The notes beneath the pieces are model-generated. The model was not told the origin of the DNA and did no database searches. It was given only the letters and a program-made list of their open reading frames with translations. This document shows, in pieces, positions 13,411-24,369 of a stretch of DNA of 64,000 bases. The DNA comes from Rhynchobatus australiae. Its lineage: Eukaryota. How positions within the stretch are numbered: the first letter of the stretch is position 1; each line of letters begins with the position of its first letter. Position numbers and translations under genes: made by a program. The stretch is from the NCBI GenBank assembly GCA_034780895.1, contig JAUZTB010000069.1, forward strand, positions 17,699,882 through 17,763,881, read 5' to 3'.

Positions 13411-14709
13411 GTAGGAAGCTTTCATTACAATCAAATATTACTTTTCTATACTTGAATCAATGGACAGATGCTTTCAGGTAGAGTAGAAAGACTGTACTTG
13501 ATGACCGAGCTAAAAGAACATGATAGCCATAACTTAAAGTATGGTATTTGCTTCTGTATTGAAGGATGTTTTGAAAAATCCTGTATTTCTAATATTTGAA
13601 TCCTTTCAAAAAAAAACCTCAAACAGTGGATGAGTTGTGCTTGAATTATCATCTGTGAGTGAATGTTTGCTCTCTGGTCAGCAGTTAATGTAAAGAAATC
13701 ATGTCCAGTTATTCCCACTCCCAACACCAAATTCATTTTTTCCTTTTCAGGTACATACCCAATATACTTTAAGAAGTTTGTGCTTCCAGATTATAACTTG
13801 GTGCAAAAATATTTGTCAGCTCCCTTTTTGGTCCTTTAGCAGTTAGTGACTTTTGTAATGCCTGGAAACATCTTCCTGCCATGTAAACGATTACTAATTT
13901 TCTTATTATCAAATCTCCCCTTTATATTTTGTTGTAGGATGAACAGAGCCAACTTCTCCAGTCCTTGTAATTGAAGTCCTTTATTCCATTGTATCTTTAC
14001 ATCATTTAATTCTGGTGCCCAGAATTAGATACACTTTCCAGTTTAGTTAAGCCAATGATTTATAAAGGATTAATGAACTGATTAATGCAATCTTTCAGAA
14101 TTAAATAAAAAGGAAATAGAAATCTTGCATGTAACGAGTAGGTGTTTAAAGTACATGGTGGATTATTATTTTGATCTGACCTTGATTAATTCGATTGCCT
14201 GTTTTGAACCTGAGTGCTCCTTTTCCTTATTCCCTGGTTGACGGGTAATGAGATTGGGAAAAGAAAATCCATTAATGCCGCTCTTCAGTGTATTTGCTTG
14301 GGAACCTAATGAACAGATTACTCTCAGCTCGAGAATGAATTGAAAGAGGGAGATTTGGAATTTGGGTTTTGGGTCAGGTGCTTGACCCTGCAATGATAAA
14401 GCTAATTTACCATTCTAGAGTGCCCAAGTGTTTCATTTTGTAAAAATAGGGGCCAAAGATACAAAAGTCAGAGTTCAGCTTGGAATTCAACAGATTGGCT
14501 TAATGTATTACCAGATGAATTAGTTGAGGTGAGTTGCACAGTTTATTTTAAATTTGGCATAGACATAGACAACATAATAGAAGGGTTTGCTTGTACTGGA
14601 AAACTCAAGTGGGGTAGGAGGATGTTCATGTGGAGCATAAAACACTGTTCGAGCCAAATGATCTGTTTCTTTGTATATTCTATATTATGGAATTCTGTTT
14701 ACTGATTAG

Positions 14710-14846
14710 GGATGGCGCTGTTTGAAGAAGCATTGCAGAAGTGGGAACTCGCCCTCACTCAGCGGCAGAAGAGCAACTCTGAAACAGAAAGGAAGAATTA
14801 TCTAATGAACCTGGGAGCAAGTGGTGGGACAGGGGATGGCTGTGAG
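14710..14846 (+). CDS. MIGA2: Mitoguardin 2, coding exon 5 (GMALFEEALQKWELAL...GCE)
   Basis: TAG acceptor, GAG|GTACTC donor; 137 nt, phase 1 to 0; LFEEALQKWE motif. Confidence 0.94.
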
Positions 14847-15019
14847 GTACTCTGTTAAGCAGAAATGTAGGCTGTATAAAGCGCTAGCCGGGAACTTCTT
14901 TGTGACTTTTATTTGTTCATGGAATAGATGTTGCTGGCACTTGTTGTCCATTCCTAATTGACCCTGAAGTAGGTGCAACTGCCTTCAGCTACTTCACTAT
15001 TGTCCTTCCTTATTTCAAA

Positions 15020-16480
15020 AGGTGAGGCTGCAGGAAGGGCAGCAGTTTCACAGCTTGGTTCAGTTCTGACCTCCAGTGCTGCTTGCATGGAGTTTACCTA
15101 TTTTTCCCAATGACTGCATGGGTTTTTCTCTGGGTCTTTTGGTTTCCACCCACAATCCAGAGGTGGGCTGCTGGTTGGGTTATAAAATTAGAAAATGCTG
15201 AAAATGCTCAGCAGGACCGACAACATCTGTAGAAAGACAAACAGTTAGCATTTCAGACCCAGGACCTTTGTCAGAAATGGGGAAAGAGGAAAAAAAACAA
15301 GTTCGTATTCAGTAGGAGAGAAGGTGGGGGGTGGAGGGGAATGGGTAGAATAAAGGGAATAATCTGATAGGATTAGTCCAAATGCATTACTGGTTACAAT
15401 TAGAAGCACGTGTTACGACTTTGAGTAATGTGTTGTTAATGATGAGGCTGTGGGATTTGCCCAGCAAGCCAAGTTTATGTATTAAATAAAATAAATTCAT
15501 CCAATATCATGACAGGCAGAAATGGCCAATTTTGATACGGACAGAGGAAGAGTGAGTTACCCATCATTGAAGAGTTCCACGTTGGGTCTAGAAGGTTGCA
15601 TTGTGTGCAGACAGAACATGAGTGTTGTTCCTTAAGCTTGTGTTGGACCTCCAGGTAATGGTGTAGGAGTCCACAGTCAGAAAGATCAGAGTAGGATGGT
15701 AAATTTTAGTAGCAGGTTATTGGAAGGTTGGGGTCATTCCTCCAGACTGAATGCAGGTGCTCTGCAAAATGACCACCTATCTGTATTTGGTTTCTCCAAT
15801 GTAGAGAAGACTGTGTTGTGACCACTGAATGAAGTACACTGGATTAGAGGNNNNNNNNNNNNNNNNNNNNNNNNNNNNNNNNNNNNNNNNNNNNNNNNNN
15901 NNNNNNNNNNNNNNNNNNNNNNNNNNNNNNNNNNNNNNNNNNNNNNNNNNCACTGAATGAAGTACACTGGATTAGAGGAAGTGTAAGTGAAATGCTGCTT
16001 AACCTGGATGGAAAGTTTGGATCCCTGGAAGGGAAGAGGTGAAAGTACAGGTCTCCTGTAGTTGCATGGGAGAATGCTATAAGATGGTGAGTGGTTGGTG
16101 GGAACAGAAGAACAAACTAGAGGGTCACAAAGGTAATGACTCTGGTGGAGTTGAAGGAGAAATTGTTCAGTGTTAAGGCAAGTAAGTGAATTGATAGGGA
16201 GAACTGGTCAGTTCTTCAGGGAAGAAGTGGAGGGCTTTTAGATCCTCTTGACATATGATTAAGGTGTAAAGGGATTTAACATCCATGGTGAATTTGAACC
16301 AATTAGGACCAAGGGATTGAAAACTATTAAAGTGGCAGAGGGTAACCGAAGTGTCAGATTCAAGTGGGAATGGACTAAACTAGGCAAGAAAGGATAGAGT
16401 CAAGGTAGGAAGCAATCAAGTTCAGTGGGGCAAGATAACAGTTAAGTTAATTGGCTACTGTGAACTACCCCTAGTATAGA
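15020..16480 (+). mobile_element. V-SINE (HE1-like) split into 15020-15180 and ~16441-16480 by an inserted Penelope-like element
   Basis: V-domain-like GCATGGGTTTTTCTCTGGGTCTTTTGGTTTCCACCCACA on the left; continuation GTTAATTGGCTACTGTGAACTACCCCTAG on the right. Confidence 0.55.
15181..16440 (-). mobile_element. Decayed Penelope-like retroelement (GIY-YIG endonuclease remnant)
   Basis: Minus strand across ~15750-16030 reads QVKQHFTYTSSNPVYFIQWSQHSLLYIGETK; terminal repeat AGAAAATGCTGAAAATGCTCAGCAGG at ~15190. Confidence 0.7.
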
Positions 16481-16529
16481 AGTTTGTCTCTCTAGTTTAT
16501 AGAACTTCTTTCTACACTGTATGGAAATA

Positions 16530-16900
16530 TAAGTGGGGATGTTGACTGATGATTGTACAATGTTCATTTCCATTCAGAACTCCAACTTGCAAGACCTAGA
16601 CTAATTTCAGGCATGGGCTAAAAAGTGGTAAGTTTATATGTGCCACAAAAGTGCCAGGCAATGATGATCTCCTGTAATAGTCTAACCACCTACTTCTAGC
16701 ATTCAGTGGCATTACATCAGTGAATACCCCAGCATTTAAAAACCTGGACACAATCCAGGACTAAATAACCTGTTTGATACTCCATCAGCCATTCTGTGTC
16801 TCCATCACTGGTGCACAGATGCTGCATTTCCAGGCATTTACCTGAATTATTCAGGGCAGTTGGCTTGATTAGAGTCTGATACAGAAGCCAGCAACTATTT
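16530..16900 (+). mobile_element. Decayed CR1/L2-clade LINE RT fragment; a related minus-strand fragment lies at ~18890-19335
   Basis: Degenerate 'GMxxDDCTM...QDLD..QAWAKKW...KCQAM' RT region. Confidence 0.5.
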
Positions 16901-17987
16901 TGCCAATCACAATGAAAAAAACCCAAAAGGAAAAATATCCCTGNNNNNNNNNNNNNNNNNNNNNNNNNNNNNNNNNNNNNNNNNNNNAGTCTTGGCAGCA
17001 TCTGCGGAAAGAAATACAAAGTCAACATTACAGATCTATGACCTTTCAGCAGAAAGATCACCAACCTGAAATGCTAACTCTGTTAACCAGAGATTCACAA
17101 ATTCAAATCCTACTATAACAGGTGGAGAATTTAAATTTAAGTTATTAACTAAATTAGGAATTTAAAAAAAAGTCTAAATGATAGCAACCATCAAGCCTCC
17201 AGATCGTCATTAAAAACCCAACTAGCGCACTTGTCCTTAGCTGGCCTGGTGTCTGTGACTCCAGACCCATCAATGTGATATCCCTCCTTAGATTTTTTTA
17301 TATATATTTCTGAATTCTGGGCATCACTAAAGAGCCTACCATTTATTGCCTTGAGGTGATGATAGTAATCTTCATGACCCACTATGTTTTTGGTGAAGGT
17401 ATAAGCAATAATGAAAGGGGAGTGAACTGTGATGGACAATGTTTTTATATTTGGTTTTAAACAAGACATTGTTCCTAAAAGTTTTGACTAAGAACAAATC
17501 TCAAACTGTCTCAGTACCCAGTTTAAATGGTGAAGTGTCATAGCACATTGAAAGGGTGCAGGAAGAGCATTCCCATTTTCTATAAGATTGTGGTCAGGTC
17601 AGGAATCCTCACTGATTTTTTTTTTCCCTTGACAATGAGTCTCTGAAGCCTACCACAGACCAAGCCAAGATCAGCTGCAACCTTTTGTCTGTGTACTTTA
17701 GCAACGTGCAAAACGACAATGTCATTTGAGCTAAAATGAAGGATCCTACTTGACCCAGCCACATGCATTGCCTCTGCTGAGTTAACTGGTCACAGTTGGG
17801 GTGACCATCTTGTATTTGGTATCAGTGCCAACATATACTACTTATCGATTTGCATCCCATGATTTTATTTTGGCTTGGGTGGTTGGGAGCAGCAGGAAGT
17901 GGCAGCAAGGTGATAAAATTGAGGTGGAAGAAGGATCAAATGAAATAAACAGTATGTTGAAATCTTCAAATTCAAATAATTAAACAG

Positions 17988-18102
17988 GAATCCCGAAGGA
18001 AGGAGTTTTCACAGAAGCTGGAAGCTCTACTTCATCGAGCCTACCGACTGCAAGAAGAGTTTGGGGAGACTGTACCTTCAAACAGTCTATTGGCTGATTT
18101 TG
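17988..18102 (+). CDS. MIGA2: Mitoguardin 2, coding exon 6 (ESRRKEFSQKLEALLHRAYRLQEEFG...LLADF)
   Basis: AAACAG acceptor, G|GTAAGT donor; 115 nt; KLExLLHRAYxLQEEFG motif. Confidence 0.95.
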
Positions 18103-18217
18103 GTAAGTTTCTGTTCTAAAGACAAAGGCATTTCTTTTGTTGCAAACAGATTGGATTTTTAATGAGAATTAATTGGTACAGATTAGTGGAAACCTTTCCA
18201 ATTTTGTATTTGCCTAG

Positions 18218-18324
18218 AGTGTGTTGGTGCACTAGCTCTTCCCTATGGAGAGGAATCTGCAAGATACTACATGGACGATGATATCACTGTGACTTCAGAG
18301 GATTCGTTTGTTTCAGCAGCAGAG
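18218..18324 (+). CDS. MIGA2: Mitoguardin 2, coding exon 7 (...DDDITVTSEDSFVSAAE; phospho-FFAT motif)
   Basis: CCTAG acceptor, GAG|GTGAGC donor; 107 nt, phase 1 to 0. Confidence 0.94.
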
Positions 18325-19339
18325 GTGAGCTTAATCTTAGTTGTATCCACTGTAAAATCATGTTGTTGAAATGACTATAATTTTGTCCTGTCTTTGTTCA
18401 TTGNNNNNNNNNNNNNNNNNNNNNNNNNNNNNNNNNNNNNNNNNNNNNNNNNNNNNNNNNNNNNNNNNNNNNNNNNNNNNNNNNNNNNNNNNNNNNNNNN
18501 NNNTATAATTTTGTCCTGTCTTTGTTCATTGTTCCATCTCAGTTTTCTCCTTCTGAAAACTGATGTTCATCCAGAGCTCTGTTGTATTCCAACCCATGCC
18601 AAGCCACTCTGCTCTCTGGTCTATGCTGACTCCATATCTGCAAGAGCTGCAGATTATCTTTGTATATTAATCCCTCTACGGTCTTGACCTCTGTCCTCAA
18701 TTGAGGTTTCTGGAATTCTGGCCTCGTCTGTATTCTAGTCACTTAGCCCCACCATTGTCAGTTTCTTCAGCTTTCTTGGCTCTAAGCTCTAGAATTCCCT
18801 TTCGGAAACCTCCTCCAGCTCTCTTTTCCTACCCCTTCCTTTAAGACCCTAAAGTTTAGCTTTTGACCAAACTTTTAGTTATTTGTTCTAATATCCCAGC
18901 CATTCATGAGATGTGAATGTTCAGGGAGCCTGGCCTTTATTATCCATCCCCATTTGCCTTGAGAAGGTGGCTGCTTAGCATTGTTTCATTCCTAATGAAT
19001 GTGGTCCCAAAGTGCAAATAACTAGAAATTTGATATGGGAGGATGAAGATATGGTGATATTTCCATGTCAGGTTTGTGTGTGATACGGAGGGTTTCTTGC
19101 AGATGTTTGCAATTTGATGTGTATGATGTTTTTGTCTTTTTTGGTGTTTAGAAGTAGTGGACTTACTGGGTGCTGTAGAATTCTTGAAGTGCATTTTGTA
19201 AGTGGTGCTATGGTGGAGTGGTTTTAGGAAGCTGGGAGAATACTAACCTTCGACCCATTCATGTGGCCACAGTACTTATGTTGCTGGTCTAGACAAGTTT
19301 CTGGTCAGTGGTGATCACCAGATGGTACTGGAAGTTTTA

Positions 19340-19815
19340 ATTGCTACAAACATCCATTGCAAGACCACAACTCCCACAGCTATCTCAAGTAGACTTTGTC
19401 CCACCCTGTCTCCTGTAAGGACTATATTCCATTCTCTAATTCCTCTGTCTCTGTATTTGTCCCAATGACGAGACTTCCCTCGCAGGTGCTTCTGAAATAT
19501 CTCCCATCTTCATAAGTGATGTTTATTCACTCTGTCATAGTAATCAGAACCCTTAACCTAATTTTATCTATTTCCCACACCCCTGCTCTCATCCCCTCTT
19601 AGAGCTAGGGTAGAGTTCCCCTAGTCCTCATGTTCCACTACTTGCATCTGCATTCAGTGGGTCACCCTTCACAATTTCCACCACCTTTATTAAGATTCCA
19701 TCATCAGCCACATCTTCCCCTTGTTGGCATTCTGAAAAGACTGTGTTTCCTTTGTGACTCCCTGCTAATCCATCTTCACCAATATCTTCCCTTCTCAGGG
19801 AACTTTCCCAGGCAA
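19340..19815 (+). mobile_element. Penelope-like RT C-terminal fragment
   Basis: Degenerate TNIHxKxTxSHSYL...SHPVSCKDxIPFS, homologous to ~25450-25560 in this window. Confidence 0.6.
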
Positions 19816-19858
19816 CGCAAATAAAATTAAATGTCATTCATGCTTTTTATATCTGCAG

Positions 19859-19971
19859 CTATTTGATTCTTCATTTGATGAGGAGAGATTCCACTTGTCC
19901 AGACCGTCTGCTTTATACGAGGAAGCCATGAGGGTTGTCCGAGAAGACAGGGTCTCTTGCCGGTCATTCAG
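19859..19971 (+). CDS. MIGA2: Mitoguardin 2, coding exon 8 (LFDSSF...SRPSALYEEAMRVVREDRVSCRSF)
   Basis: CTGCAG acceptor, AG|GTACAG donor; 113 nt, phase 0 to 2. Confidence 0.95.
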
Positions 19972-20797
19972 GTACAGGATAATTTTTGTTTGTCTTGGGT
20001 CCTCTTACCTCCACAGTCTTCTCTGTAAATAGTTGCTGGAGAGCAACAAATGTGGGGTGATGTCAGCAGCTCTTTGGTGTTCTGTCAGGTTGGCAAGGAA
20101 ATGGGGGCAGGTTAGTTAATGGGATTGGATGGGTGAAGCTATGCTACATATATTTACATTTGTTGTTCCAGTAGTTATCAGTGCAGGCAATCGTTAGTAG
20201 TAAGAATCTTGTCTGATTGCTCCCAGGTACCAGTAGCGTAGGAAACTCACCTTTTTGTTTTCTAAATCCTTAAGGACTTTGAAACACCCCCGCCCCTCCT
20301 GAGCCAGTCACAATATCCTCCAAGAACCTTACGATCTTAACTTTCTGGTTGTTTGTCAGTTCCTGATTCCTTCACTCACTCCACTGTTTTGCAGTCTTTC
20401 CTTCAGCAACCTTGATTCCAAAGTCTGGAATTCCCGTCCCAGATCATTCTATTTCTCTGCTGCTATAAAACTTAAAATTATGCACTTAAGGCATTTAGTC
20501 ACATATTCTAAGGTGTTTGGTGTAATTGAAGGATTTGTTTGGGTAGACCTGATGGAAGCATCCTGAAAAAGGTATCCTTAAAATTAGNNNNNNNNNNNNN
20601 NNNNNNNNNNNNNNNNNNNNACGAATTTTACTTCCTTGTAAAATACCTTGCAAAGTTTCACTAAATTAAATCCAACTGTAATGTAGTCTGCTGTAACAAG
20701 TTGGACTCAAACCAGTAATGGTACTATTCAATCAGTCTAAGTTTCACCTTTTTCTAGACAGTTACAGCAAAGCTGATGGGCACTTTGTGTATTTCAG

Positions 20798-20870
20798 AAC
20801 TGAGCTCTTGGAGTGCTACAATGACGAGGACTTCCTGGCGAAGCTACATTGTGTGCGTCAGGCATTTGAG
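20798..20870 (+). CDS. MIGA2: Mitoguardin 2, coding exon 9 (TELLECYNDEDFLAKLHCVRQAFE)
   Basis: TTTCAG acceptor, GAG|GTAATC donor; 73 nt; conserved DFLAKLHCVRQAF. Confidence 0.97.
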
Positions 20871-22704
20871 GTAATCTTATTCATGAGGTGGCTGAATGGG
20901 TGAAGGAGACAAGTGCTGTAGTAATATGCCAGTGTAAAATTCCACAAGATGTGCAATAAAGTGTGCTTCATTTGCGTGATGACTAAACCAATTGTGGGCT
21001 TAGATTGTTAATGTTTTTCTTCAATATTGCATATTTTGTGATCCTGTTCCTGATCTCACTTCTTTGGGGCAAGGTGTATACTTTCTTCTTGTGAAGGGCA
21101 GAAAAGAGAAAGTTAAGGCATGACCTAATGGAAGATTCTTCAAAATTTGTGTTTGGTAAGATGACATAGAACAAATGCTTCTAGTTGCAGAAACCAGAGA
21201 GTTGCTAAAGCTCATTGGAAAAAATTCAGGAGAACCATTTTATCCACAGAGCTGAACAAGTGGAGTTCATTACCACCAAGTGGTAGAGGCAAAGAGCATA
21301 GATGCATTCAAGAGGAAGCTTGATGAAATGAGAGAGAAATAAGTAGAAATCTGTAGATAAAGGAGTAAAAGGGGTGGGAAGGGTGGTTAGTGTCATGTGG
21401 AGTGTAACGACTGGTGTAAGTCAGCTGGATGGACTAACCTGTTTCTGTACCAACCCCATTCTGGCAGGTTACAAGGAAAAGTGTCATTTGTATTCTTTCT
21501 AAGCCTGGAGAAGGGATGGTATAGTGATTTAAGAGCCTGTCTAGTATAGGTGCTGTATCACACTGGTGAAATATGAAGTACCATAAGTTAGGGTAGATTG
21601 CAGTGAGATTTCCTGAGTTTGTAACTTTTAAAATAAAATTGTATTACAGGATGTGGGCATTGCTGTCAAAGACAGCACTTATATATTCACCAAAGCTCAA
21701 AAAAACTTGCTGCTTAAAGAGGCTTTATATTGCCAAGGAGTGAAGGAAAGGATAAGAGGGAACAGTTATACAAGGGTTAAGTTTGGGGTACTAGTGGGGG
21801 AGATGTTATGATGTTTCTGGATTTATTTCAAATCTATTTTGATTGGGGCAGGGGGAAAGTTGAGTCATTAGATACTTTGGAGAGTTGTGAGGCCATTGCA
21901 GGATTGAAGAACTGATATCTCAAAGCTGAGGGAAACAAAAGAAAATAGGAGACTTGAACAACTTTTCTTAATGTATGAAGGGGTGGCAGTTACGCGTAGT
22001 GATGGAACAGTTGGCCACACACAGAATTTGAAAAAATAATTGGTGAATTTCCTTTTGTGGCAAGAGTCTTTGGAGGTTAATACTTGTAGAGTCATAAAAT
22101 GGACTTCTGAGAGGTTTAGAACACTAGGCCAGATGGATCAATGGTCTACTTTTGCCCAAAACATTGCCACATTACTATGTAATTTATACTGCAAAAACAG
22201 AAATTACACACTGACATTGTTGAGCAACTTTTTACTGATAAATATTGAATGTCTGTAATTTTCCAAGNNNNNNNNNNNNNNNNNNNNNNNNNNNNNNNNN
22301 NNNNNNNNNNNNNNNNNNNNNNNNNNNNNNNNNNNNNNNNNNNNNNNNNNNNNNNNNNNNNNNNNNNNNNNNNNNNNNNNNNNNGTAGAGCTTTCACCAC
22401 CTTTGGATCAATGCCTTCAGCTTAGGAAGGAAGAAGTTTACATGGAAAGTGCTTTATTATTATAATGAGGACAATGAAGGGAACCCAAATAGAAGGTTAC
22501 TTTTGCTAAAATGAATACTTTTCCCTGTTTAACTTGTTTCATTTTAGGGAAATATGAATTGCAAGGAACTTGGTTTTCTTCCTTTTCCTGGCTCTAGGCA
22601 TCACTGCTCTTTACTCATTGTTTTTTATATGGTAGTGTTGGCAGTGTAAACTGTGTGGAGAATATCCAGTTTCAACTTTTATTAAAAATTTCCTGTTGTC
22701 ACAG

Positions 22705-22791
22705 ATATTACTACAAGAGGAGGAAAACAGACTATACTTCAGTGAAATTGGAAAGAAGATGATCACAGGACTGATGTCAACTGCGGGAAAG
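22705..22791 (+). CDS. MIGA2: Mitoguardin 2, coding exon 10 (ILLQEEENRLYFSEIGKKMITGLMSTAGK)
   Basis: CACAG acceptor, AAG|GTTAAA donor; 87 nt, phase 0. Confidence 0.94.
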
Positions 22792-24114
22792 GTTAAAAAC
22801 AAAAATTGCGCCTCCTCCCTTTCCTTCCCCTTTGCCGTCCATTGCACTTACCCCAACCTCCCTCCCTTCCCCCACCAACTAATTATATTTAATTCTGTAC
22901 TCTGTGCTTATAGATGGATGGCAGAAGAATGACCAGATATGATCTCATTATTGTCTTCTATCATGACTTGAGAACTAGATTGTCAATCTAGTACAGTTTA
23001 GAAGGGTATATTGTAGAGGAGGAGATAGATTCACTGGAAGAACAGACAAAATGCCTCATTTAGTGGTGTGGTGGTGGAGAGGGGAGGCTTGAGTGGAGGA
23101 TGAATAATGGGTACACTCCTAGGTTACATTCAGGAGTATGAAAATGCCTCTGAAAGTAAGGTATTCAAAAGCTCTCAGGGATTACTGGAACCACCCTGTC
23201 CAAAGGACTATCTGAAGTAGACACAATGTTGTGACTGAGTGCTATTGCTGGCTTCTAATGGCTGGGGATGAGAAAGGAGTCTTGACCACTATCCATTGAC
23301 TCTTATGTAGTACATTTGAGTAACAGGAATGGACAGTGCATCACTTCTGTGATGCCATTATCATCTGGGTTGTTACATCTATGCCAAATGGTAGATTTTA
23401 AGAAGAGTGAGATCTATAAGGCACCTGATTTCTATGGAACCATGACCAAGAAGAGAGAAATAAAATCATAGAATTTTGCCATACAGAATGAAGTTGTTCA
23501 GTGCATTCTGCCTTCTCATTGAAAGAGGCGTTCAATTAGATGAATTCCCCCACTTTTTTCCCCCCCTAACTGTACAGAGTTGGCATTGAATCATCCTCTA
23601 CCACCTTGTTAGACCAAATGATAAATTGTGTTTTTTCTAAAAATTTCTCTTCTGGTCCTTTTGCAATTGCCTTAATCTGCATCCTTCTCAATCAATCTTG
23701 TGCCAGTCCTTGTCCTTTTTGATATTTAATCAAATCCCAACATAACCTCTTCAGAAGAACTGAAGGAATGGAAAATAACTAAATTGCTGGAGTTGTAATT
23801 TTCTGCTTCAGTTTCACAACTTCCAGTTTTTCAAGTGATAAAGTTGAAAAATTGCAAGTGGTAAACACTAAGGGAGCAAATTCCAGCCATTGTTTCTCCA
23901 TTTGTCTGAATCTATCCCAATGTAGTAGGAAAACCCCATCCTGGTGCCCTGAGTAACTCTAATCAACTAGGGGCAATGTTGGTTTGAAAGTTAATAGTGG
24001 TGTGGTTGGACTGGTTGAAAAAAAGAGGCAGGAATGATGTCAAAATCTGATCTTCTCATCACTGTAATATAAGAAATAATCATATTGTTCCTTGTCTGTT
24101 GGCATCACTTACAG

Positions 24115-24213
24115 AATGTCAATAGATTCCATGAGACCTACAAAGAAATGTTGCACTACGCAGGAAGAGAAGAAACCTGGGAGACAACAGAACGAGAACT
24201 CAAGGGACGAGGG
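24115..24213 (+). CDS. MIGA2: Mitoguardin 2, coding exon 11 (NVNRFHETYKEMLHYAGREETWETTERELKGRG)
   Basis: TTACAG acceptor, GGG|GTAGGT donor; 99 nt. Confidence 0.95.
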
Positions 24214-24369
24214 GTAGGTATCATGATTATTTCAGCAGTTGCTTACGGGAGGATTTGGAAGTGAACTGTCATTGTATTGTCATGATGTTTTTGATTTGCT
24301 TTATTGGCCTTGATGATAAAACGTCAGTTCCCATCAACATTCCATTGAGGAAAGTTATCTGCATCAGGA

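Noticed and set aside
15823-15978. Direct repeats flanking 100-N gaps (also 18376-18531, 27581-27819, 31522-31661)
   Set aside because: Identical or near-identical sequence on both sides of fixed-size gaps indicates unmerged overlapping contig ends, not real duplications or target-site duplications.
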